From a virus, in the IMG/VR virus record IMGVR_UViG_3300009365_003824, positions 32,001-96,000 of that record: a stretch of 64,000 bases of DNA; one strand, given 5' to 3'. Both the position numbers and the translations under genes were made by a program. How positions within the stretch are numbered: the first letter of the stretch is position 1; the number at the start of each line of letters is the position of its first letter. Positions 30,016-39,430 of the stretch are shown piece by piece. The notes under the pieces are model-generated. The model was given only the letters and a program-made list of their open reading frames with translations. It did not search any database and had not been told where the DNA came from.

Positions 30016-31937
30016 TAGAAATTCAACTTTCCTTCATCAATTAATTTCTGAACTTGGGGAGGATGTTGTCCTCCAAATTCAGTCCAGTTTCCACCACCCA
30101 TTGGGTGTGTTTTCCCATTAACAGCATTCGGGTTTTTTCTCCATCTTAAAAATACATCATCAACATAACCTCTATTATCAACCCCTGATTGCTGTCTGTA
30201 GTATTCCATCTTGTGATAGATTTTCTCAAGTGGCCTTACCCATGAATAATGATAAAAGAGGCGCTCATTACCTCTCCATGTTTTGACTTTTTTGTTGACG
30301 AGAACACTATCGTGAGCAGAAACGTGCAAGTGGTTTTTTCCACGATAACCGTAACCCTCTCGCCATTTAACAACTCGTTCTTGGGGGTAATTGTCCCATT
30401 TGCCTGTCCCAATTGTGTTGACGTTATTCCAAAACAACCAGAACTGCATTATAAGCACTTCGTATTGCGTCATTAATTGCGTAACCCGCCACAGTTGATC
30501 CTCTGTATAGACCTCATCTCCATCGAGCATAAACATCCAGTCACCCGGTTTTAGTTTTGTGGCATAAGCATTTCTCATCTCTACTTTGTCTTTCCACAAT
30601 CTTCCCGGTGGTCCTATGACGGTGCCGTTGTGTGTGTTCGCTAATTCATGGGCTATTTCTAAAGTTTTGTCTATGGGGGTGCCATCTGGATTACACATGC
30701 CTGCTTTTTGGGCATACTCGTTTCCACCAATCACAAATATCCATTCATCTATTAATGGAGCAACACTATCCACAGACGCCTCTAAAAACTCTTCTTCATT
30801 TAGAGCAATTACACATCCTACGGTTTTACCTTTTTTAGCATCTTTAAGTCCATTTGGGATATGTAGCAACCCTGGTCTAGCACTGCAATGTTTATCTACT
30901 TTGTAATTGTTGACCCATCTTTCCATGAAAATCTTTTTGTTGTTGGACCTGTATTTGTGACCTCCTCCTTTTGATTGGCCTACTTTGTGGTATATCATAG
31001 ATTGAGGTTCATACCATATTTCCAACCCTGCATCCTTCACCTTCATACACAAGTCTGAATCTTCCCAGTAGCCAATTCTATAATCAAGATCGAATCCACC
31101 TATCCGATTAAACAGTTCTTTCCTAATTATAAAACATGCCCCAGTAACCATGTCTCTAGGTGCTGCTCGAAGTAAATCTCTAGGGGCTTTGTTGTATCTT
31201 ATTGGTTCTTTTAATTCACGATCTTGATAGATGTTTCGGCCTATATGGAGAAATGACTTTGATCTCCAACTCCAACGAGATCCAGCAGAATCAATATAAC
31301 CTTTGGGATTTAATTGTAGGTTGCCGACTAATCCTATTTTAGGATCAGATTTGAGGCGTTTTACTAAAGGGCTTATCCAGTTGGGTGTGACTACTGTATC
31401 TGCATTCAAGAAAATCAGATAATCCCCTGAAGCATGAGCGGCCCCTGTGTTACAAGTGGGTCCAAATCCGGCATTTTTAGAGTGTTTTACTATTTTGCCT
31501 ATTTTGAATGTTGGTCTGTTAGCTGCCCAAATGCTGGTGATTTGCGTGTATGTCTTATCAGGACAGCAATCATCAACGTAGATTATTTCTGTAGATATGT
31601 CTGGTTCTGGTTGAGACCATTTTTTAATTTGTTCTGTTATACAGGCTTTACTGCGGAAAAGAGGAACGATGATTGAAACATCAACTTTTTCAGAGGTTCT
31701 AAACCAATCAGGCGTGGGCAACTCTTGAGCTTTTGGATAAATAAATGGATCGAGAACAAAGACTTTATCTGCGGGCCGCTCTGGTGAGACTTTTAATTTT
31801 TTTCTCTTTTTTGAAGACTTACTATATATCTTGCCCTTGCGGTTAGGGTCATTTACAAGCTGTTGGATCTTCTTGTTATTTTCGGGATGCGAGCGCGTAT
31901 TTCTCTGTACCAGAATGTTTTTAAATTTAGATGCCAT
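30015..31937 (-). CDS. two-domain glycosyltransferase family 2
   Basis: VSIIVPLF..VDDC..NAGFG..CN.GA..FLNADT..VTGACF..EDSDLC; second GT2 NEEEFL..LDGDE. Confidence 0.9.
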   Translation of the reverse strand: MASKFKNILVQRNTRSHPENNKKIQQLVNDPNRKGKIYSKSSKKRKKLKVSPERPADKVFVLDPFIYPKAQELPTPDWFRTSEKVDVSIIVPLFRSKACITEQIKKWSQPEPDISTEIIYVDDCCPDKTYTQITSIWAANRPTFKIGKIVKHSKNAGFGPTCNTGAAHASGDYLIFLNADTVVTPNWISPLVKRLKSDPKIGLVGNLQLNPKGYIDSAGSRWSWRSKSFLHIGRNIYQDRELKEPIRYNKAPRDLLRAAPRDMVTGACFIIRKELFNRIGGFDLDYRIGYWEDSDLCMKVKDAGLEIWYEPQSMIYHKVGQSKGGGHKYRSNNKKIFMERWVNNYKVDKHCSARPGLLHIPNGLKDAKKGKTVGCVIALNEEEFLEASVDSVAPLIDEWIFVIGGNEYAQKAGMCNPDGTPIDKTLEIAHELANTHNGTVIGPPGRLWKDKVEMRNAYATKLKPGDWMFMLDGDEVYTEDQLWRVTQLMTQYEVLIMQFWLFWNNVNTIGTGKWDNYPQERVVKWREGYGYRGKNHLHVSAHDSVLVNKKVKTWRGNERLFYHYSWVRPLEKIYHKMEYYRQQSGVDNRGYVDDVFLRWRKNPNAVNGKTHPMGGGNWTEFGGQHPPQVQKLIDEGKLNF

Positions 31938-32299
31938 TACCTACCTGTTAAACTTGCAACGCCCTTATTGGCTCTGCCTTGTTGCCCTATAGTCATGCTG
32001 CCTAGAATTTGCAAGAAACTGGTCATTTCTTGTGGTGCAATAGCAATAACTCGTCTCAAGGCTTGAACTAACTTAGGGTCATATACCTGTTCCCCTGTTA
32101 TTCTTTGTATCAACCTTAAATAAGAAGCCACATCGCCTTTTTCAAGAGCATCACTAGGAGTTTCCAAACCAGCACTAGCAGTTACATTTGTATTTCCCAC
32201 CCCAGCTACATTTGTATTAACTGCATTACTGTTTCCCACCGCAGTAAGCTCAGTTTGAACTGCTTCAACTGTTTCTAACCACTCATTAAACTTCTTCAT
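31937..32299 (-). CDS. protein with capsid-targeting-like N-terminus
   Basis: MKKFNEWLE. Confidence 0.7.
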   Translation of the reverse strand: MKKFNEWLETVEAVQTELTAVGNSNAVNTNVAGVGNTNVTASAGLETPSDALEKGDVASYLRLIQRITGEQVYDPKLVQALRRVIAIAPQEMTSFLQILGSMTIGQQGRANKGVASLTGR

Positions 32300-32597
32300 T
32301 GTCTCCCCCTACTCCTCTTTTGAATCTTCCGGGGAATCCCATTGTTGAACCAGATCGAGAACCAATTTCAGGGCCTCTAACCGCCATATTAACAGCATCT
32401 ATCATTGCAGCGATAAGTTCATCATCGCTCTCAAAATCTTTCCTAAACCTCTTGGCTAAGGGTTTGAGTGCAGCTTCTATATCAGGCAGAGAGTCGTATG
32501 AAGTGCCTCGAAATTGATAAAATTTACTCCAATCAAGATCACTGCCATCTGCCGCTATTTCATCAATTTCTTCTTGCCACTCTTTAAACGTTTTCAT
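32286..32597 (-). CDS. protein with capsid-targeting-like N-terminus
   Basis: MKTFKEWQEE; SD AGGAG. Confidence 0.7.
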   Translation of the reverse strand: MKTFKEWQEEIDEIAADGSDLDWSKFYQFRGTSYDSLPDIEAALKPLAKRFRKDFESDDELIAAMIDAVNMAVRGPEIGSRSGSTMGFPGRFKRGVGGDNEEV

Positions 32598-32606
32598 TTT
32601 AATCTC

Positions 32607-33044
32607 CTATGGGGTGGGTCTGGTATCATTTGGATAACTTAATTGGGACTTCTCTTGATCGGGATCAGCAGCAGGCTCTTCTCCCTCACCATCCCCTGTT
32701 TGAAGCATTTTGTTTCTTCTGTCCTCGCCGTCTGTTTTTTGAACTTTAGCAAGGGCGTCCCTTATGCGGCTTGCCCAGTTGGAAATATCACTTGTAGAAA
32801 TATTCAACAAGTCAGCTAAGCCCTCAGAGTTGTTACAGATTTTCATAAAATGTTCCCAGAAATTAGGGTCCATACTCTCTCCAACACGAATCAACTCCAT
32901 AGCTTTAGAGTCTTCACCACTGTCTAATAATGGGCCATCGCCATCACTATCAACTGTGTGGGTGAATTTCTTGTCCGCATCTGCCGGAAGCATTTCACGG
33001 TTCTCCGTGATCATCCTGTCGTAAATCTTCCAAAATGTACTCAT
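32607..33044 (-). CDS. hypothetical protein, probable internal head protein
   Basis: MSTFWKIYDRMITE; TAAATA box 4 nt upstream. Confidence 0.65.
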   Translation of the reverse strand: MSTFWKIYDRMITENREMLPADADKKFTHTVDSDGDGPLLDSGEDSKAMELIRVGESMDPNFWEHFMKICNNSEGLADLLNISTSDISNWASRIRDALAKVQKTDGEDRRNKMLQTGDGEGEEPAADPDQEKSQLSYPNDTRPTP

Positions 33045-33054
33045 GCTTTATTTA

Positions 33055-33252
33055 TCACCTAGTCTTCATTTTGCGTTTCATTTTGCGTTTCATAAAACCC
33101 ATCTTCGGGTCCATTTCTTCGTCCTCTGGTGAATCTTCGTGTGCAGGCGCACCATGTTTGTGCCTTTTTAGTTTAGCACAGTATCCCGCATCTTCACTAT
33201 TAGGGCCACCGTGAACTTCACCCGCATCTTCTAGCCATTTTTTAAATTCCAT
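33055..33252 (-). CDS. small protein with capsid-targeting-like N-terminus and basic tail
   Basis: MEFKKWLE..MKRKMKRKMKTR. Confidence 0.65.
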   Translation of the reverse strand: MEFKKWLEDAGEVHGGPNSEDAGYCAKLKRHKHGAPAHEDSPEDEEMDPKMGFMKRKMKRKMKTR

Positions 33253-33284
33253 AACGTAGATATATAGGTAAAAGAGACATAACA

Positions 33285-33698
33285 ATGAAAAGTTTTTTGC
33301 AGTGGCTAGAAGCAGTCCAAAGCGACTACAGGTTGGGTAAAGACATCGAAGGGCTTGGAACACTTAATGTTATCAAGCATCGAGGGGCGAAAGTCCCTTG
33401 CGCTCGTGATCGCAATAATGGCATCTGGTATAGCTTAGATTTAGAGAAATGCGGGGGATCGCTAGAAAAATTAGCAAAGCACAGAAAAGAGACCTATTGG
33501 TGTCGCCTTGCAAATGGTGCTGGAGCCGACCAAATTAAAGCCAGCGAACTAGACCAATACAGAATTCAACAGCCCACATCCTATAATTATGAAGAAGTAG
33601 AGGGGGCTTTAGATATAGCCGCTCGTAATATAGCCACAGGAAAAAAACAAGCTGTTGTTCAAACGACTACAGTAATGGCTGTGATTCCAACCCATTAA
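33285..33698 (+). CDS. protein with capsid-targeting-like N-terminus
   Basis: MKSFLQWLEA. Confidence 0.7.
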   Translation: MKSFLQWLEAVQSDYRLGKDIEGLGTLNVIKHRGAKVPCARDRNNGIWYSLDLEKCGGSLEKLAKHRKETYWCRLANGAGADQIKASELDQYRIQQPTSYNYEEVEGALDIAARNIATGKKQAVVQTTTVMAVIPTH

Positions 33699-33703
33699 AA
33701 AAT

Positions 33704-33728
33704 AAAGCCCGCCGAAGCGGGCTTTTTC
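33704..33728. terminator. bidirectional intrinsic terminator
   Basis: AAAGCCCGC-CGAA-GCGGGCTTTTT. Confidence 0.85.
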
Positions 33729-33835
33729 ATTTCATTTAGAGATTTCTCTAATCCCCAGTCGTTCCTTCAACTTTCATTCTTTTAGTGGGCAACACACGCT
33801 CACCGCGAGCATCGCAATTATGTAGGCAGCACTGT

Positions 33836-34651
33836 TTAAAAATTCATCCAAATACACTCTGTCTTGTATTTTTTGGACTTTTGTTGTGATGAATGATTGG
33901 CAATTGCCTTCCTTTTGCAAGTCCAATTTTCATACAATCTGTTGTAAAGTTTTGAGGGATAACCACTTAGGATAACTTTGCCTTTAAAAGCAGACAAGGT
34001 TGCAGACAGCTTTATGTGGTCATCAGTGTTCATTTCGCTTTCATATACACTTGGCGTAGTCCTGGTTTCCGGTAGATATGGCGGGTCTAAATACAACAGG
34101 ACTTCTTCATTGTTGAAAGCCTTAATTACATCTAAAGCCGGTTTTTGCATGATGTAAACGCTTTCGATCCTGTTAGAGATAACAGGCAGTTCTTCAATTA
34201 TAGTTTTCCATGCATTCACATCACCGGGTTGCCCGCCTCGTTGTCTTGTAGACCAAGCTAGGTGCTTTTTGAGTCCCCCACGACTCATTCTCCTTAGTGA
34301 GAATTCATTTATGGCATGATTGATATAATCTGCGAATTCTCCCTCTTCAGCTTCTCGTTTCAAACGATCAAAGGTTCTTTGAGAGTATGTTAGCCTTTTG
34401 ATTCGTCTTATGAATTCCCCAGGCTCGTCTCTCAATGCACGGAAAATCTGGATGATTCCGAGATTTATGTCATTGATGCATTCTTCCCTGGATGGCTCTT
34501 TATTTAAAAGCACATTAGCACCACCACAATATGGTTCAACATATACCATATCTTGGTAGTTTTGAGGAAAATGTTCAATAATCCAATTACAGAGATAGTA
34601 TTTGCCACCGTGAGTTTTAATTGGTGGTCTGGTTTTTCTTTTTCGTGGCAT
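33836..34651 (-). CDS. DNA adenine methyltransferase (Dam/D12 class)
   Basis: HGGK, YVEPYCGGA, ECIND, YLDPPY, VILSGY. Confidence 0.9.
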   Translation of the reverse strand: MPRKRKTRPPIKTHGGKYYLCNWIIEHFPQNYQDMVYVEPYCGGANVLLNKEPSREECINDINLGIIQIFRALRDEPGEFIRRIKRLTYSQRTFDRLKREAEEGEFADYINHAINEFSLRRMSRGGLKKHLAWSTRQRGGQPGDVNAWKTIIEELPVISNRIESVYIMQKPALDVIKAFNNEEVLLYLDPPYLPETRTTPSVYESEMNTDDHIKLSATLSAFKGKVILSGYPSKLYNRLYENWTCKRKAIANHSSQQKSKKYKTECIWMNF

Positions 34652-34841
34652 CTTTTTTCTTATGAATCATGTGACCGCAATTATAGCACTCTACGTCCCA
34701 GTTCCCATATGTGCCTTCTCGCCATTCCCAGCCTTTACCAGATTCCTTTCCACACTTTAAACAGAGTGCTCTCATGTATTTTTCTTCATCAATATAAAAA
34801 TAACACGGTTCGCCTTGATGGATTTCCATATTTTTTTGCAT
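34617..34841 (-). CDS. small zinc-finger protein
   Basis: CLKC...CYNC; SD AGGAAGG. Confidence 0.6.
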   Translation of the reverse strand: MQKNMEIHQGEPCYFYIDEEKYMRALCLKCGKESGKGWEWREGTYGNWDVECYNCGHMIHKKKDATKKKNQTTN

Positions 34842-34884
34842 CCTTCCTTTATTGATAATATAGTTTAAACAAGGAGGAAGTCAT

Positions 34885-35439
34885 ATGAACGATAGAATTA
34901 TTTTAGTAGCACTTATCATAGTAATCGGGCTTGGGATTATGTATTATACTCAAAACAAGCCCCAACAACAACCTGTTCAGCAACAAAGTTTTACAAATCC
35001 TTACCCTCAAACACCGCAACAACCGCAACAACCGCAGCAGCAGCAACCGCAGCAGCCAGAATTTGAAGAATTTACGAGCTACACTGGCCCGTGGAATACG
35101 GTAAAAAATAGAAAATTAGATGGAATTCAAACTGCTGATGTTCATTATTTGGGGAATCATCAATGGGAAGGTAGGTTTCATGGAACGTGGCGCGGAGTTA
35201 GTTATTCTTACGATGTGACATGGGAAGGTCCACCCGATAATTTAAGAGGCGTAGCAACGATTGATGGTGCAAACTACACATGGGTAGGAAAAATTACGCC
35301 TGAAGTGTTTGTAGGTCAGTTTGAGAGTGGTAGATATACTGGGGACTTTAATCAGAAGAGAGACAGAAAAAGTGAAGAATCAAATAGAACGCAGGCGATG
35401 CTCCCAAAGGGCTGGCATAACCCAAGCATATCTCCTTAA
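34885..35439 (+). CDS. membrane-anchored protein with Gln/Pro linker and beta-rich domain
   Basis: SD AGGAGG; N-terminal TM helix, PQQ repeats. Confidence 0.7.
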   Translation: MNDRIILVALIIVIGLGIMYYTQNKPQQQPVQQQSFTNPYPQTPQQPQQPQQQQPQQPEFEEFTSYTGPWNTVKNRKLDGIQTADVHYLGNHQWEGRFHGTWRGVSYSYDVTWEGPPDNLRGVATIDGANYTWVGKITPEVFVGQFESGRYTGDFNQKRDRKSEESNRTQAMLPKGWHNPSISP

Positions 35440-35941
35440 TGTATTAGGAACGGAAACATCATCGGAGGTTCAAACACTTTGGATTCAAGCGAAAGAAGGG
35501 CTTCCTGATGGTGGGTCATTTATATTGTCATTAGATGGTGTTGAAACTGTCCCTATTTCATACGATCAGAATTACAATTATGTTGAGTCAACAATGAGAT
35601 TGGCATTATCCCCTCTTGCGGAAGTGGAGATAGTTGGCAGAAGCGCCACTCAATTTTTGATAAAATTCATAGGGGCTGATGCGGGTAAAAGGAAGTCAAT
35701 TCTTAAACTAGAAGAAAACAATTTAACACTTTCAGGAAGTCCTGCTGGTTTATTGCAAATTGCAAGGAAAAATGAAGGTGGTATACCAAGGACGCTGTTT
35801 AGTACACTACAAGATATACCACGAGACAAATGGGTTATCACAAGTTTTAACCCAAATAATCGAGAATTCTGTATTGCTGTAGAAAACGATGCTACAACTA
35901 CTTATTTGAGTGGAACCTTGCCAATAACCACTTTTACTTAA
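35372..35941 (+). CDS. hypothetical, possibly structural protein
   Basis: EVQT....GGSF.LS.DG.ET.PI.Y pattern, also seen in 25500..26354; start uncertain (GTG 35372). Confidence 0.5.
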   Translation: MKNQIERRRCSQRAGITQAYLLNVLGTETSSEVQTLWIQAKEGLPDGGSFILSLDGVETVPISYDQNYNYVESTMRLALSPLAEVEIVGRSATQFLIKFIGADAGKRKSILKLEENNLTLSGSPAGLLQIARKNEGGIPRTLFSTLQDIPRDKWVITSFNPNNREFCIAVENDATTTYLSGTLPITTFT

Positions 35942-36114
35942 ATATCAATGCCTTTTTTAGCTGCCCACTCTTTAAATACCTTTTCAACATGATTGTCAAG
36001 GTACGCATCTATTGCGCCACAATTGAATTCTTTTACATCTTCCAAAAGCTCTTGGATGTCTTCGACGGTGAATTTCTTTTTTCCCCACCAAAACTCTCTT
36101 TTTTGTTCTTCCAT
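35938..36114 (-). CDS. 58-aa hypothetical protein (not in the ORF track)
   Basis: SD AAGGAG; MEEQKREFWWGKKKFTVEDIQ..VFKEWAAKKGIDI. Confidence 0.55.
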   Translation of the reverse strand: MEEQKREFWWGKKKFTVEDIQELLEDVKEFNCGAIDAYLDNHVEKVFKEWAAKKGIDI

Positions 36115-36124
36115 AATAATCTCC

Positions 36125-36643
36125 TTATCGGTCTAGTTTAGCAGTTTTTAGCCAGAGAATAAAAGCGGCTTCGCCTTTATATCCCTTGCCAGATTTAATT
36201 TCTTTCTCGTTACCGTCCACAATCCTGTGTGCCGGAACGCCAGAGATACCATATTTGCTTGCTACGGCTTTCTCTTTGTCAACATCTACTTTATAAACAA
36301 TGTAGCTACTCAACTCATTCTGTACCCGTGGTGAAGAAAGTGTTTCACTCGAAAACTTCTTGCACCAACTACACCAACTAGCTGTAAAATAAAGGTAAAC
36401 CTGTTTATTTAATGCTCTTGCCGTCTCTATCGCATCCTCGTAACTATCTATCCTCTCAGGAGGCGCAGGTTGTTGCGGTTGCTGCGGCGGCTCCGGTGTT
36501 GTCGGAGGCACAGGTTGGGGTTGCCACTGTTGTTGCGGTATTTGTGGCGTGGGTTCTGGATTTACCGGGTTTAGATAGAAGTAAGCTATCGCCAACCCCA
36601 AAACTATCACCACCACTGTTAGGAGCGATCTTTTGTCGTCCAT
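36125..36643 (-). CDS. membrane-anchored thioredoxin-family protein
   Basis: TM helix, P/Q linker, FTASWCSWCKK, YGISGVP. Confidence 0.85.
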   Translation of the reverse strand: MDDKRSLLTVVVIVLGLAIAYFYLNPVNPEPTPQIPQQQWQPQPVPPTTPEPPQQPQQPAPPERIDSYEDAIETARALNKQVYLYFTASWCSWCKKFSSETLSSPRVQNELSSYIVYKVDVDKEKAVASKYGISGVPAHRIVDGNEKEIKSGKGYKGEAAFILWLKTAKLDR

Positions 36644-36742
36644 TTCCCCCCCTTTCGTAAATAGGGCCAATATTATTTATTCATTAGAGAGGTAAAACTA
36701 ATCGTGAATTATATATAGTAATAACTTAAGTGAGGGTTACAA

Positions 36743-37678
36743 ATGAGATCATTTAATAGTTTTGTTGAAGAGAAGCATGTTGGGGTTTTGGTTGAAAGAA
36801 CTGCCCGGATAATGGAAGAGCAGGGAATTGACCCTAATAAATACATGCTTTCTTATATCCAAGAGCATCATCCTGAAGCAATTGATGAAAACTGGTTCAG
36901 TAGATTAGGGTCTTCTTTAGGTAATACTTGGCAGACCATGAAATCGGGTTGGATGGCTAATCCCAAACAAGATTTGGCTACTATTAAAAAGCACTTAGAC
37001 CACTGGACAAATAATCTGGCCCAATATGATACAACAGGACAATTGAGCCAAGCAGCCACAGGGGCCATGAATGCATTAAAGGATCTTCCAATAGATCAAA
37101 TTTCAAAAGACGTACAAACTAGATATGTGGCTAAAAACCCTCAAGCTGCAAACCAACAACAAACTAATCCACAAACAGGAAACCAACCGCAGACCCCTGA
37201 CCAACAATACGGAGATGTAAAACCCGGTCCAGGCCCACGAGGCGCAGAAACAGGAACCGCAGCAAATCCAATTACGGCTGACGCACTTCCTAACCCGGAA
37301 GACGGAACTACACAAACCACAGTTCAAACACCACAATCTAATCAAGGTAGTGGTGTAATAGATGCAGCACCGCAAACAGGACAAGGCAATCAAGGTGGCG
37401 TGCTCGATGCAGCACCACAAACCCCACAGGGAACACAGGGAGTTGGCTCGCAGCAAGTCGGAGCACAGAATCCACCACAAGGAGTTACTCAAGCTACAGC
37501 CCAAGCCCAACAACCCAAGATGCCGCAATCACCTGAAGAATGGGAACAATTAAAGCAACAGAATCCTCAGTGGTATGATTATTTAAGAAACAATCAACCA
37601 CAAGTTGCCCACAACGAAATTGAAGGCGAAGTCATTCAGGAATGGGTAGATACAGCCAAAAGGATAGGTATTGGTTAA
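36743..37678 (+). CDS. Gln/Thr/Pro-rich protein with capsid-targeting-like N-terminus
   Basis: MRSFNSFVEE; LVE, IDE and IQE sites. Confidence 0.7.
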   Translation: MRSFNSFVEEKHVGVLVERTARIMEEQGIDPNKYMLSYIQEHHPEAIDENWFSRLGSSLGNTWQTMKSGWMANPKQDLATIKKHLDHWTNNLAQYDTTGQLSQAATGAMNALKDLPIDQISKDVQTRYVAKNPQAANQQQTNPQTGNQPQTPDQQYGDVKPGPGPRGAETGTAANPITADALPNPEDGTTQTTVQTPQSNQGSGVIDAAPQTGQGNQGGVLDAAPQTPQGTQGVGSQQVGAQNPPQGVTQATAQAQQPKMPQSPEEWEQLKQQNPQWYDYLRNNQPQVAHNEIEGEVIQEWVDTAKRIGIG

Positions 37679-37980
37679 ATCCAGCCGATTTTCGTAGCTA
37701 TAGCAAACTCTTGTATGGTGACTTTTCGCCCCACCATCTCTGATAGACTATCAATAAAATGTTGGGCAATGTCTCTTTGCGTAGCTGCAAATATCTCAGG
37801 GCCTTGTTTCTTAGCCCAATCAAAGGACTCTTCATCAATGCTCCAATCGAAATACTCACCATCAATGTAGATACACTTCTCAGTTAAATTGTCCTCGTCT
37901 GTGATTAAGCGAACCTCGAATTTCTTCTTGCCCGCCTCTCGCATTCTTGTCTCAATTTGTTCTTTTGTTTCTTCTTCCAT
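37675..37980 (-). CDS. hypothetical protein
   Basis: SD GAGG. Confidence 0.6.
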   Translation of the reverse strand: MEEETKEQIETRMREAGKKKFEVRLITDEDNLTEKCIYIDGEYFDWSIDEESFDWAKKQGPEIFAATQRDIAQHFIDSLSEMVGRKVTIQEFAIATKIGWI

Positions 37981-38024
37981 TTTGATACCTCACAATAATT
38001 GAGTTAGAAAAGATAAATATTCTT

Positions 38025-38549
38025 ATGGAGTTTCAATATTGGCTAAATGAATCATCTCTGAATGATCTGCATCAAAGTGCGGTTGCTGCCTTCCCAGGTA
38101 CAACGAGGCGACAGCACGCCACTCACCCTATTGAAATCTCAAATCTAAGGTGGACTCCATTTCTGGGCATGAGAACCTTAATGGTCAAAGCGGTAGCTAG
38201 AAACGAGGATCGAGAATACACTCCATTTATCGTTTTTAAAAATGTTCAATACCACAATGTCCGTGATATTTATGGATTGGTGGAAATTACAGCCAGTGAT
38301 GGTGCCCAATACCTCTTTGAACGCCTCTCAGTCAATGAAAATGATGTCCTAGTCAGATGTAATTGTAAGGACTTCTACTGGCGATTTAATTATTATGACC
38401 ACGTTGATCGCTCTTTGTATGGTCGGAAAAGAAGCCCATATGAGGCTATATTCAACCCAGGTTCCGCCAATCCCCAAGAGATGCCAGGGATGTGCAAGCA
38501 TTTAATGAAATTCGCTGAGGTTTTAGGGCACAGTGGCGTGATAAGTTAA
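38025..38549 (+). CDS. SWIM zinc-finger protein with capsid-targeting-like N-terminus
   Basis: MEFQYWLNE; VRCNCKDF..MCKHL. Confidence 0.8.
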   Translation: MEFQYWLNESSLNDLHQSAVAAFPGTTRRQHATHPIEISNLRWTPFLGMRTLMVKAVARNEDREYTPFIVFKNVQYHNVRDIYGLVEITASDGAQYLFERLSVNENDVLVRCNCKDFYWRFNYYDHVDRSLYGRKRSPYEAIFNPGSANPQEMPGMCKHLMKFAEVLGHSGVIS

Positions 38550-38617
38550 AAATTCGCTTGATTTTGGATTTAATTTTTAGTAAACTCCATCCTATCAGAT
38601 TTAACTTAAGGAGAGTG

Positions 38618-39427
38618 ATGATGAATGTTTGTGATGGATTACCCGTAATGCACCCGTTGATAAAGCCTAAACTTGTAGTGGATTATGATAAAGAAATGGC
38701 GTTTAAGGGTAGGTGTGAATATGCAACTGAACATGAATGGATCGAAGACCATTTAAATTTTGTGCTAAATAATCCAAGGCTTGTTGAAGACTCTGGTAAA
38801 GTTAGAGAATCGAGCAAACTCGCTGAGAGTTCACTGAAGTTTGATGAATATGTGTATTGCGACTATTTTAAGCCATTAGCGAGGCTTGAATCGTATCAAC
38901 ATCTGCATAAATATCCCAGCGTTCGGATAGCAGATGATGATCGGGACAACAAAGATTTAAACGAAAAGGGGGAGTGGGTCTACACTCTTACAACAAAGCC
39001 CTATCAATTGCCAAACTCTGAACGTAGAATTCTAAAAATAGGACTTACAACTAACGGAATAAAAGAAAGGTGGGGTTCGTATCAATCTGGTGTTTATACG
39101 AACAGGTTGCAAGAATTGGAAGCCTCGAAGAACAAGAAGAAGGGCAAAGCTAACTGTTCTATAACTAATTTTCATGTGTTACACACTGTTTTGCATCTTA
39201 TACATCACAACAATTTGGTTGAAATATGCGGATATAAATTGCCAGTCGTACCTGTTATTATACCTATGTATGGAGCTGATCGACGTGTGCTTGCAAGTGT
39301 GAGCCGCGAATTTGAATCCGAGGCAATTAGAGCATATGATGATCAAATAAGAGATTTAGGCATTACATCTCCTCTTCCAACCAATAGAAAAGATGGAGCG
39401 AAAAAGAAAATGAAAGTGGTGGTGTGA
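38618..39427 (+). CDS. GIY-YIG restriction endonuclease, Hpy188I-like
   Basis: EWVYTL..ILKIGLT..IKERWGSYQSG..CSITNFHVL matches the Hpy188I motif order as recalled; SD AGGAG. Confidence 0.7.
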   Translation: MMNVCDGLPVMHPLIKPKLVVDYDKEMAFKGRCEYATEHEWIEDHLNFVLNNPRLVEDSGKVRESSKLAESSLKFDEYVYCDYFKPLARLESYQHLHKYPSVRIADDDRDNKDLNEKGEWVYTLTTKPYQLPNSERRILKIGLTTNGIKERWGSYQSGVYTNRLQELEASKNKKKGKANCSITNFHVLHTVLHLIHHNNLVEICGYKLPVVPVIIPMYGADRRVLASVSREFESEAIRAYDDQIRDLGITSPLPTNRKDGAKKKMKVVV

Positions 39428-39430
39428 ACT

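Noticed and set aside
35012-35056. CCGCAACAA-type short tandem repeats (also ~20715-20810)
   Set aside because: In-frame PQQ linker coding; no sign of phase variation
39425-39427. Genome-wide TGA recoding (code 4/25)
   Set aside because: Many genes end at TGA in ATGA overlaps or at natural C-termini (e.g. MCP, Dam-operon genes), and ORFs are not fragmented
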